From positions 120,282,001 to 120,346,000 of the forward strand of contig NW_024704742.1 of NCBI RefSeq assembly GCF_018977255.1: a stretch of 64,000 nucleotides of DNA, in the 5' to 3' direction. The notes below the pieces were generated by a model. That model saw only the letters and a program-made list of their open reading frames with translations. It was not told the DNA's origin and made no database searches. The translations under genes and the position numbers were made by a program. Source of the stretch: Callorhinchus milii. Lineage: Eukaryota. Position 1 is the first letter of the stretch. Each line of letters opens with the position of its first letter. Positions 26,915 to 39,375 of this stretch are shown piece after piece.

Positions 26915-27480
26915 TCAGAATTAAACCAACCCTCTGGGGTTGTCTTGGTAGTCTGGTTTCTGGTTCATCCAGGGCACTGCTGACGACAGACCAGCCAGCC
27001 TAGTTCATCAGCAGGACTTGCAGGTAGGGGCAGTCACTAGGAGCAGGGTTTCTTGAGCGCCTTGGGACGTCCTCCCGACGTGAAAGGCGCTCTATAAATA
27101 TAATTTTGTTGTTATTGTTCTTCCCGCTCCGCTCTTGCTAACCCTCCAAGTCAAAGTGCTCCTGACTGAAAAGCAGTGGGAAGCTTGCTATACTGTGCTC
27201 TCAGTGGCAGGCTACGTGGGTTTAGCTGATTAAATTCCAGCATAGCTTCACACACATTCTGGGTTTACCAAGTCTCGGTTCTTGCCAACCTATGCCTAAT
27301 ACTCTTCTGAATTGGATAAGTAGGGTGCATCCCACCAGAGAGAGAGTGTGCATTCCATTCTAGAATGGAAATTTCCATGTTTAGGTGGCGAACATTTGTG
27401 GAACTCAGTCTGGTTTAGATACTCTAAAGCATGGTGATGAGTTTCTGCATGTGTCAGATACCCAGCTGACCGAAACAAAA
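26915..27480 (+). mobile_element. LINE family C 3' end with nested L2 tail. Other fragments at about 6906-6945(-), 28960-29292(-), 34882-35130(-), 43146-43317(+), 58330-58700(-)
   Basis: Colinear with 17510-18245; ends cccagctgaccgaaacaaaa. Confidence 0.8.
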
Positions 27481-27989
27481 TGACAAGTGTCATATTTCTC
27501 ATTCTGTTTTTTTCTGTAATTAAAAATGCACAAGTATTTGAGATGTGAAAAAGATAAGTGATACAGCCTTATGACTCCAGCACTGATAAGGGAATGGCGA
27601 CTGTCTTATCAGCTTTTGAAAGATACTTTGTTCAAACCACCTTCTTGTAGTAGACTTTATTATTGGTCTCAGCATGTAAATGGTTCAGAACATTGCACAT
27701 AATATAATAGGAATTAGCGTTTGCCTATAGAGCAACCCAGTTTCAGTTGGTGTGTATCCTTTGTACAGTTGTGGCTAAGCCACCAGTGTTGGAGCTGTTA
27801 ATATTGGAAGACTGAAATACTGTGTTTTTGTTTTGTCAATTTTTTGAAAAAGGCGAATGGTATTTTCCCTGGCACAGTGGAAAATTGCACTTACATAGTT
27901 AGTTTATGGGGTACTGCAGTTTTAATACAGGACTCTAATGCCAACATTTTGTGTAAACTCACAACTTTAAACAAGATTCAGCCTTCTAT

Positions 27990-28410
27990 AATAAAATGAT
28001 CCTTGCATTTGATATGGCACCTTTCACTTCAAGAAATCTCAAAGGAATTCACAGGATTTATTGTAGTGTAACGACTGTGTTTCGTAGGTGAATGTGGCAG
28101 CAATTTGCACATAGCAAAAGTCCCACAAACAACCATGAAGTGGATGACAAATTTTATTTGGAGGATTGTTGGCCAGGGCGCTGGAAAAAACACTCTTCTC
28201 TTTCGATTAGTGTCATGAGATCTTTAACACCCATCGTAGGCAGATGTGATCATGGTTTAAGATCTCATTCGAATAAAGGCACCTCCAGCAATGCAAAGCT
28301 GTCCCAGGACAGTATTAGACTATGTGAGTTCAAAATTCCGACGTGAGACTTGAACCCACAACATTCTGTGGCAGAGGTGAGAGTACCACCAAATCTCCAG
28401 ACTGACAACT
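27990..28410 (-). mobile_element. SINE family B (Deu-type)
   Basis: Diverged reverse complement of the 4632-5070 pattern along its whole length. Confidence 0.72.
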
Positions 28411-31400
28411 CTAATTCTCAGTTCATAGGCATGATGGAACAAGCCAGTTTACAAGCATGTATATAATTTGTTATTTTCTTGGAACGTCAGCATGTGTTTA
28501 GAGAAATTGACCATATTGCTTCCATCCAATTGTTTCCAGCCTTATGAAGAAGCTGCACCATATTTTTAAAGAGTCCAATCTCAAAGTTGCAGATTGTCAC
28601 AAGAAATGACAACACTGTTCTAGCATTATATCTAGAGGTCAAATCCTTAAATCCCTAAATCCCTAATAGATCCCTAATCTTCTTGCAATAAATCCTTCTT
28701 TTACACTAATGGGAATAACTTTAGAATCAGATGGGGTTTGCATCATGACCATGGAATTAGTGCCTGAACACTGGTGGAAGTCCTCTATTAGATACAGTTT
28801 GGAGGAAAGCATTACGGAAAGCATTATTGGAAGTGTTTTGCAGCCACACGTTGGTCAAATAATAGTACTTTGAGCATTTTTTTGTTTATGATCTTGCTGC
28901 CAGATTATCAGTACTGCGCACAAATTATATCAGTCTGCACATTACAAGAATGTGTGTGTGTGTGTGTGTGTTGCAGTACTGCTGGAGTTTAACCAGCTAA
29001 AACCGCATAGCATTCCATTGACAACACTGTCTGCCATTGCTTGTCCAGTTAAGTCACCCTACCTGTTAGTGCTTGCAGGATTAACAGGAATTGAGTGTGA
29101 AGAGTCCCTGCTGCAGGTGACTGGTCTGCCCCTCCAAGTCCTGCTGATAAACCAGCCTGGCTGGACTGTTATCGGCAGTGACCTGGAGTAGTGCAGACCA
29201 ACTTGGTTCAGGAACTGGAAAATTAAGACCGCCACCAGAGGGTTGACTTGATTCCAACATTCTGTTGCCAAGCAATCACTTTGGAGTTGCAAGTACGTAA
29301 TGCTATAGTCACAAGTTTTGATTAACAACAATAATTTCTTTCTCCTGGCCAAAAGTAGAAGGAAGAAATTCCTTCTGCTTTTAGGCCAAAGGAAGGAGGT
29401 GACCATAGGTACAGTTGAGGATGCAGGAACGGGCAGCAGGCATGAGATTTCTGGGTATTAGGGTGATGTTAGAGAATATCACAGAGATAGGGCGGTGAGA
29501 GGACATGATTTGTAGGTGAGGGTGAGAATTTGTACTTGAGCCACTGGGAGACAGGGGATCTTGGTAAGGATGGGCATTTGAAGTTTCATGGGGTAAGGAT
29601 GCAAGAGGTTTGAACGAGCAGGAGTTTGGCTTTTTGCTAGGATTTTAAAGGACATTTTTTATTTAACTCATGAAATTCCGTCATTTACTCAACTAACTGT
29701 ATGATATCATTTTGGGCCAATATGTGTGTATCCTTGATTAAAATGTGCAATAAAATTTATAGGATGAGTGGGGAGCAGTGATACAATGTATTAGAGCATC
29801 AGTGTAAGTGATGCAAGAGTGGAATGCAGTTTAAGTCATCCATTCTGTTGAGTCTGCCCCCATCTCAGAATGTTTTTTTCAATTGTCGCGGATTTTCCAG
29901 GTAGGGAGATGATCTTCAGCTTTGACAAGTATTGGCTGGCGGGGAGAGGACTTTCTTATCAACTAACATCTGTTTGAACATGGACCCCAGATTTTGCCAT
30001 GCTATTGAATATCGGCGTAATTCGGTATCCTCGAACGCATAATAGAGTTCCACGCAATTCCCTTTCTGTCTTATCTGTCTGTCTTAGGCTAACTGCTGTA
30101 TTTTTGCTGCAAAAAAATAGGTTACATGCTATGTTGATATAAAAGGAGATTGTAATGAACTGAAGCTTGCTAAGTCCTCGTGTTTTTGAATAAAAGGCTT
30201 TACAGATTAGAGTTGACAGAGCAGAATGGTTTTGTTAAGTTTCTGTAATATGTCTGCTTTTACAAAGAAAACTGAGCAATTTGAGGTTATGTTTACATTT
30301 CTGTAATTAGTTCCATTTTGGTCCCAGATTTTCACAGCTTTCACAAAGAAGTCTTAAATACTGGAAGAGTTGAACTATTTCTCCATCCAGTCAAAACAAT
30401 ATGCTCGTGTTTTAAAGTTGCACCAAGGATACTATTTAACAAAGCAATCCCCACAATTTTATCTTGCTTAACTGAACATTACATTTTCTAAGTGCTGGTA
30501 TGAAGTAAAATTGCCTCTTGTATCTTAAAATAGCTAGGAAATGTTACAAAAGCTTTCTCAGAGTTCTGACCTGACTGACAACTTTCTCCTGCCAACAGAG
30601 ATCAATCAAAAGTTAGAAATCAACAAACTACACTGTCATGTATGAAGAATCTCCATTAAAAAAATGTGATTATATATTGCAATAGTAATTTTTTTTAGGT
30701 TGGCTTTTTAATTTACACAAAAAATAATCAGATAATACAATTTCAAACTAGAGTAGTGCAACTGAAATGTTGAAAAATTGTACAGTTATTCCAGTACTTC
30801 AATTATAATTAAATTGTGTTGCTGATCGGTTTCATTGTAATATGACCAAAACAAAGCCACACATCTGGAAGCAGCCAATAAAATAATGTATGCACTACCA
30901 GTTCAGTGTCTGTGAAATTAGATTTTCTCTGGTATTTCACCTATGATGAAAAGCATTTTTTCACACACAGAAATAAGTTGTTAATTATTTCATTGTGTAG
31001 TTAAAAGTGGAGACGATTGTGTGAATTAACACCTCCAAAAAAAAACAGAATGGGTTAAAAATTTCTACTAATTTGGTGTAGTTTGAGAGGTAATGGGAAT
31101 AGGTTAATGTTAAAGGTAGTGCTGATAGATATAGACCAAGAAAAGTGGGTTGGGAAGAGTTAATGCTAAATAATACAGTACTAGAATTCCATATATAATA
31201 TTTTATTTTGAAATAAATAAAGGGAGTAATTTTAAGATTATGGCTTCTGAAGCTTTAGCATGTTGGCAAGTGTTCCCTCTGCATCTTCAAAACCTGCCCA
31301 AAGACTTATTTTTCAACCATATGTTCGGTTAACTTCAACCAACCCCCCCCCCCCCCCCCCCCCCTCCCACTACTTTTCCCCCACAGCTTGGGTTCTCAGT

Positions 31401-34129
31401 CAGCTTTGAGATGTCTCCCTAACATGAAAGTCACTGTATAAAAGTAAATTGTAATAGTAAAGTTCCAGGCCTTTAAGACCAAAATGTAAGAAAAGCCTTA
31501 AATTTAGTCTTGATTTGAAAGCTACTGTATATTTGTTAGAACTGACTTCTGAAGTAAGATAGAATTTAAGAATTTTAAGAATTCATCACAATTCTGGGTA
31601 ATCTTACATTTTAAGATAAAATAAATTTACAGGCTAGGACCAGGTGGAACGTTTATGACTATAGATATCCATAGAATAAAACAATTTCATAAAATGCTTA
31701 AATTATTCTTGGATTAAATTTCTCATTTCAGAAAACATTTGCAAATTATTATAGGTTGTATGCCACATGTTTCACTTGCATAAGAATGTTTGCCCAAACT
31801 TACCTGATACAGTATAATGCAATGAATAGCCAGTGAGTGAGAGATTTTACAAGCTGAACACAATAAAAGAATTGGAAAATATCATAAATTGCAACTCAAA
31901 ATTTATACAGGTCCTTGGATTCCCCAGTGCTGTTCTGAAACAACTATAGGGAAGTGCATTAGAGTGGGCCAGAGATTACTACTCCAACAATTTTATTTCC
32001 CGAGAGCCCTATTCTTGGCTCAGTATCTCCGCGCAGTGTCAAGGCTAAAATCAGAAACTCAACAGAATCAAGTATGTATCCCACCAAACTGTGAAGCGTA
32101 TTCCTGCCTCGTTGCGCAATTCATTATCTTTGTCTGTGGCTGGTAGCTCTACTGACTCCCAAGTTGTCCTGATATATCTGGGACATACATTGCCTGTGGA
32201 TGGACAAGACACTTCTACATTTCTGCTAGTTGTGCTTGAATACTGACCATGAGAATACCTGGATCTGATGAGATTCTAATCATCCCTCCTCACCTCATTT
32301 GAGGAGGGGATTGTTTTGTACTCTGCGCCTTGCCTAGTAGTATAGATGTGGTCGATTTTTCTGTTCCCCCTCCCGGCCCCCACAATTATTTTCAGAGAAT
32401 GACTTGTAGAGAAGTATACAGGCTGGCACTCCAGTGCAGCACTAAGGGAGCTCTTTATGTTGTCGAGAGATGCTGTGAGAAGAGTCATTAAACCAACGCT
32501 GTGTCTACCTAATCTGATGGTTCACGTGGAAGTTAAGGATCCTGTTTGGGAGAAGAGCAGAGATTATTCCACTGATCTGGATAATGGTCTACGCTCTTTT
32601 GAATTCAACAAATTACAGACCAGAAGGTTAATAGTCTCATTGCTGCTTCGCGGAATGTTATAGGGTTTGCCCAAATAACGTAACTCACTGTGTGAAGCCT
32701 CTTTGAGACATTTCGATGTGATACGACACTATTATTCTGAAAAGCATAATTACATGTAATGTATCTATTCCTGAGAAGTATAATTACATAAAATTACATA
32801 AAATGTAATTAATATTCTTGACTGAGAAGTATAACTGCTTATAATGTATCCATTGTTGGCTTCCTTTGAATATCCACTTATCCTGTCTCTCCCTTCCCCC
32901 TTTAGATTTCTGACTCTGGCTCTGCATTGGGTTATATTTGCACATCCAAAGAGCTTTCTAGGTTATTGTGAAGCTGGTATGAGCATTGCTGATTGAATTT
33001 GGTAACAAAGTGGTCTATGCTTTGAGTGAGGTAGGCTATAGAATACACGCTTTAAAATGTCTGACACCTACAAGGTCACGGGCTATTGTAAACAACAAAG
33101 CATGTCCTGCTATTGCTTAAGTGCATCACGGGAATGTTTGACCAGCTGTGATCAATGCACTCACTTTCCATCACTTAAATCGATAATGTACAATTCATTT
33201 AATTAATCTAATGAAGCATTGCATGTCACTGTCTCTCAGGTTTTCACATAGCTGAATTGCAATTTCGGAAGCAGTTGTTGGTACAGTTGAAGGCTCTCAC
33301 TGGACTCAGATTTAAGCTTCTGTGTTTGTTAACTGACCTGCAACCTTAATGCTGGTCAAGGCCAGAGTTCACCAGAGGTTTCCTGTAAAACTAAGCAGAG
33401 AAATGGTAACAGGAGCCAGTCTGTCAGCTATGTGGCAAAACATTTTCTGTGTTTGGACAGTAAACACAGTGGAGCAGTGAAAACCATGAACTGTGCTGGC
33501 ATTTGAGTGTCACTTCTGTCTGTTTTAGGTGAGCATAGGGAAGAAAAAAAAGATTGTAAATGAATATGATTTCATGTTAAGCTTTAAGACACAAAGCCAT
33601 GTTGTTACAATTATAATAGGATGCAGAACACAAGTACCATAACGCTGTTAAATCTGGATCAAATATTACAAGAATGCTTATTAGTGTTTCTTTTTCTTTG
33701 GCAGGCAGTCTGACTTGGCTGATGTTCACTAAGGTCATTACACACACATTTTTGTATAATGTCTGGAAATGCAGCAGGAGTTTTGACATTACTTGCTTCA
33801 TAAAGTTTCATTAATAGTAATGGGCAAATTGTAAATATTTTACCACAATACATATATTAGGAATTCTGTGAGACGTAGTATGAACTTTAATTGATCCGCT
33901 GATGTAAAGTTTTATCATCTCTGGTTTGGCAGAGTTCATTTATATCTTAATTTTCTATGGAAAGCGAAGGATCCTTGTGTCAGATTATTTTCATCCGCGC
34001 ATGACTTGGATGCTTTTCCAATTCCCAACAGGGAGTCTGATTTAACATGGAATGGAAAATGGCTGAACAATGTAATTCTGCTTTTCATATTTAAAAAAGA
34101 ATCCCAGGATAAATACTTTGCGAGGTCTT

Positions 34130-34725
34130 GGGCCATATAGATCAGGATGGTTCCAGGTTTGGCACCTGAACTTTGCTGAACTAACTGATCTCAACCAATG
34201 GTTGGGGAGCTACAGACAGTCTCGTCATGTCTATAGGATAGGAAGGAAAAAGTCAGCCAGGGTTCCTGCTCTTGATTGCTGTTCTGTAGAGTCCTCTGGT
34301 GTATTGGTTAGAGCTGTTTGTGGGACACTGCTGTGCGCAATTGACTGCTGGATTTCACCCACAAAATACACAGTCAATTAACTTTACAGTACACTTCATG
34401 AAGCGCTTTGAGACGTCTCAACGAAGTGATAAGCCGCTGTATCAAATGCAAGGATTAGTATTAAGATCTCCAAGACACTGCCTGCATGAAGAACACTATA
34501 TAAATGCAAGTTGTTGTTCAGTGACCCTCTCTCTCTTGGAAAATGAGCATTGGTGAATATCAAGTGAAGATAAGATTATGCTCGGCTGTGATACCATAGT
34601 CATTGAATTACTTGCTTTCTAGGCTCACATGTCAATAATGGCCAGTAGATTTAGCTACAGGGAATGTGTGAACTGTACCTCTGATTGGGTCACTCCTTCA
34701 GGAGAAGAGTTCAGTGGAGAAAAGG
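34130..34725 (+). mobile_element. AmnSINE2-like ancient SINE split by a younger insertion (34285-34514). Other relics at about 1320-1500(+), 36061-36160(-), 37215-37330(+), 38570-38895(-)
   Basis: tcagccagggttcctgctcttgattgct / cagtgacc...gctcggctgtgat...ctaggctcaca...ccttcaggaga follow AmnSINE2 as I recall it; the relics resemble each other. Confidence 0.6.
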
Positions 34726-36544
34726 GGAAAAATTGTTTTATTTATTTAACATAGAGGATTATCAACATCTAGACTGTGTTACCAGCGATGGTGCTAGAGA
34801 CCAGGACAATGGAATCATGTTAACTGACCCTTCACGAGGGATAGTGTCTTGGAAAATTTTAAGAACATCTTACATCAGATTTTGTTTCGGTCACCCGGGT
34901 GTCAGACACATGCGGAAACTCATCACTCTTAAGAGTATCCAAACCAAATTGAGAATTCCACGCACCCCACCTATACACGGAAATTCCAGAGGTATTTGTG
35001 GGAACAGAATGCGCACTCTCTCCCTGGAGGGATGCATCTTGCTTACGTAATTCCAGAAATGATTAGGCGCAGGTTGACAAGAGCCAAAGCTTGGGGACCC
35101 CAGAATGTGTGTTGGAGTCCTACTGGACTCCAAGCTTACCTTTGCGGTACTGAAAAATGAGGTGAAATATGCTGATTATAATAACATAGTCTTTGCGTTA
35201 AAAAAATTCTGAAACACTGCAAATTTCACCCCTATATATATATTCGCAAATCAACTGAAGTAGTAACAAAAAGAGACTACGAGTTGAATAATTATTTTCA
35301 ACAGTTGGTTTCAAAAAGTGTACTCATGGTGAAACACCCTTTAATGTATGTGTTTTGTCTTATTATGGTTACTTGAAAGTCTTGTCAGGTGACATTTATC
35401 TAAAATGTGGATGAAAAAAGAACCACGCAGCTTCCTGGAGTGTCAGTCTGTACTTCTCATTCTTTGAACAGTTTGCCAAATTGTGGCGCTAAATCATAGT
35501 GGCAGGTTGAGATTTAAAACTCACAGGGTGAATGTTGGTTCCCCGTTTGGTCTTTGGCACAGAAGGTTGTGACATTTGAAGTTATATAACATATATATAT
35601 ATATATAAATATATATATTTGCCTTTTGATAAAGCTTCTCAAGTATTTGTGTCTTGTTATATTTAATTCAAAGAAAGAACAGCACATTTTGGAGAAGTGT
35701 TGGGCGTATGCTTATAATAATAATCCTTGTATTTGATACAGCACCTTATCACCATATCACTATGTGGATACATTATGTCTTCGAGACACATACAGAATAT
35801 ACTGTAAACTGAATTGACTGTATATTTTGTGGACGAAACGGCATTGTTTTGCGCATCGTATTCTTGTCTCTTGCTTCATTTTCTCACTGCTCCAGAAGGT
35901 GTGTTCACTCTTCTTGACTTCTATGTTGATACATTTCCATGGGCAGGAGATGACTTTTGGAACTTTGCTCAAAATCTGACTTTTAGTCACTGACCTGCTC
36001 CCTCTCTCGTCTGGTTCAAGGTCTGTCTCAAGACTTACCCGTATTATTGTATTGTATTGTTCAAGTGATCATTATTCGTATGTGAGCCTCGACAGTCACT
36101 ATAAGTAGCCTTCAACTATGGTTCAGTCACAATGGAGCCTGATGTGCTCTTACCTGATGTGCATTAAGCATCATAGATTAACACTTTTTGGTTCTTTTAG
36201 ACATTGTGAAACCTATTTGGTTGCTGTCTATTATAGATCATACACATATCTAGCCTTTAAAATTAATGACGAGAATTACAAAACTAAAGAAAAATTATGA
36301 AGTTTTCAAGTAGGAAGGCATTTTAATTGATTGAAAAGATATTGTGAATAACCTACTGACATTCATTTTTTGGGCCCGCAGATGAAGAAAGAATAGTTAC
36401 TTGATCGAGGATGTCCTCCTGACATACATGGCGCTATACAAATGTAATTTGTTGTTGTTGTTGAGGTACTAGAGTACTATTTCCCAGCACAAGTCACTGA
36501 CTTCTTGAGGAGAAGGGAGAAAAGGTTTGCACAAACTGTGTAGA

Positions 36545-36762
36545 TACTCCACACGCCTAATAATCCCTCCAAAACCCAAAACAATAATAAATTGGTCATT
36601 TTCAATCTACGACTGTTTGTGGGACATTGCTGTGCGCAATTGGCTGCCGCGTTCGCCCACAAATATACAGTCAATTCACTTTACAGTGTGTTCTGTGAAG
36701 CGTTTTGGGACGTCCTCCCGACGTGAAAAGCACTATATCAAATGCAAGGATTATTATTATTA
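36545..36762 (+). mobile_element. SINE family A, young subfamily, 5'-truncated
   Basis: Matches the reverse complement of 13399-13620 almost base for base. Confidence 0.88.
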
Positions 36763-39165
36763 TAAAGGCCAATGAAAGTTTATCAATCAGAGCAGGCTAA
36801 GAAATCTTCCTGTTCCTTGCTTGCAATGAGATTCTTGGTCAAATAATATAACTAGACATGGCAACAAAAACGTCAATACCCTGTGGTTATTAAACTGAGC
36901 AGTAAACTGAACTGTGTTATTTTTAAAAAAAACATAACTAGGGTAAAATTATTTACAGAGGAATAAGAATACTGGAACTGTTCCCCGTCATGCTGTGAAA
37001 ATATGAATTACTTTGGCAGGCGACCACCCCAAGAGTTGTCTATGTTTAGCATTTATTGATAGGGTTTCTATAAGGAGGATATATAAGAAGTAGGATCCTG
37101 AGTGCAGATGTGAGAACTTGTTTAGAGAGCTGCAGTTTTATTCCAACATGGCAAAATGCGTTCCGAATAGCCAATTAAATTGAAATTGAACACATTAAAC
37201 GCATGCATTGAAGGTACTGTTGTCAAATACCCTGCCAACACACTCACTTTTAAGGCTTGCATATAAATAATGGATGAGGAGCTGGAGGACACCTGTGGAA
37301 CCATATCTTAGGAGAAAGGTGTCATAAAAGGAAGAAGTGAGTGGATAGGTGAAAAATGGTAGCTTTCTTGGATATTTAGATTTAGGTTTGGAGTGGATAT
37401 GATTTTTTGATGGCAATATCAAAACCAGTCACTGATGGAAGAGTGTGGTGACTAAAGTGTAAAGTCCGAAGATGTGTCATTTAGTTTACCTGCTTCTCGT
37501 CCTTGATTTTAGTTTATGTAAAAATCAAAGGCTTGCAGAAATATAGGTCTAATGTCATTGAGCTAAAGAAGCAAACAAGATTTGATAGAGGGCATGGAGA
37601 AACCTGCACATTTCCCCTAAGCCATTAATCCATGGTTCATGAGTTTGTATGCGAAGTTGCAATATTAGAGAAAACAGGTCTCATGGTCTAAAGAAATTCA
37701 AGAATTATCACCATTAATAAAACATTTTGATGTCTCAAGACATTGTTGAATCTTTTGCTATGTGGTGAATGGAATTACTCTGGGTGCCTTCTGATATTGG
37801 TTTCAGACCCTGCCCTGCAATGTAGTTTATGTTTTTGGAATGCTTAATTAAAACATTGTAAACATTAATTCATCATAAATATAATTTTAAAATTGCATTA
37901 ATGATATTAATCCTTGCAATGGATATAGCATCTTTTCACGTCATTAAGACATCTCCAAGCACTTCACAGAGTATACTGTAAAGTGAATTGACTGTATATT
38001 TTGTGGGCAAAATGTGCATAAATGAACAGTTGTGTTTCACCTCCTCAAAATTGTGTCTTAAAATTTAATTTTGAATAAATGGATACACAACGTAAAAAAG
38101 GGTGTGGAGAAACGACAGGAAATTGTGATTTGGAGTAGTTAGCTCCAGTGAAGGAATCAGCACAAGTCCATGCTCGAAGGACAAAATTAGCTCTTTCTGT
38201 ACTGCAAGGTCTTTAATACCATGAATTACTAGGATATAGTTATCACATTTACAAACTGAATTATAGAAATACAAGATAAAAAAGTCAAATTGGCACAAAT
38301 TATTATGAGTCCTTGATAAGTTTCAGAATTAAAAGATAATACAAGAGGCTTCTGAATCTCAATGTACATTTCTTATTCCTGTTTACAAGGATTAAAATTA
38401 TAAATTACTGCAAAACAAAATGAAAACAAATGGAAGACTTTTCAATCTTTTGTAAAATCCTAAAATATTTAAAGCACAATTTTGAAAATGATTCTTTCGG
38501 CTGTTTCTGATACACGTTTCATTTTCTCTCTTTTCCCGTTTCCTGGTGAAGGTCCTGAATCATGCTGTGTTATGGTTCTTTGGTGCCAAGGATCCTTTGA
38601 ACCCTTGACATAGTGGACATTCTTCATATATTAGCCCAGAAAATGACTATCAGCAGGATGTTTGACTGCAGAGGAACTTACAGCTGTGCCTAATCCTGTT
38701 CCCTCCCAAAATCCATTTCTGCAACCTTACATTAAGGGGGCTACGAAGTACAGTGCAACCCTGACTTAACACCCTTCATGAAAGCACGACTTTACTTGTG
38801 ATGCAGTTGCACTGTGAACCCCCATCACTGCGCATGCACGTAGCCAATTGTAGGACTACCATCTCCCTGGCTGAGATGGGACATTCTCAGTTTATATGGC
38901 CCAGTAACATTGCAGTATCTATGTGAGGGCAGCATGCACAAGTGGAAGTCTCAGTCTGGTTGGCATACTGTTAAGAACTGTGATGGATTTTCATGTGTGT
39001 CTGACAAAAAAAACACATTCCAGCTAAAGTACAGTCTCAGGGAAAGGTACGAAGCCACCAAGTGTGATATAGGGGAATGGGAAGTCATTTGCAATTGGAA
39101 TTCCTCCCAGCGATATTCTTATTTTAGGAGGTTTAAAAAGCTGAGTTATGTAAAATTATGCATTT

Positions 39166-39375
39166 TAATAATAATGATAATAATCCTTGCATTTGATATA
39201 GCACTTTTCACGTCTTCTAGACGTCTCAAAGCGTTTCACAGAATATACTGTAAAGTGAATTGAATGTATATTTTGTGGGCGAAATGCGGCAGACAATTGC
39301 GCACAGCAATTGTTCCACCAACAGTCGTGGATTAAAGTGACCAATTTTATTATTTTTTTCTGAGGGATTATTACT
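39166..39375 (-). mobile_element. SINE family A 3' half. Further fragments at about 1142-1250(+), 3060-3232(+), 3287-3400(-), 5335-5450(+), 12708-12818(-), 15460-15590(+), 35715-35845(-), 37905-38015(-), 44986-45160(-), 49040-49165(+), 58735-58875(+)
   Basis: Shared motif cccacaaaatatacagtcaattcactttacagtatattctgtgaagcgctttgagacgtc...tatcaaatgcaaggattattatt. Confidence 0.8.
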
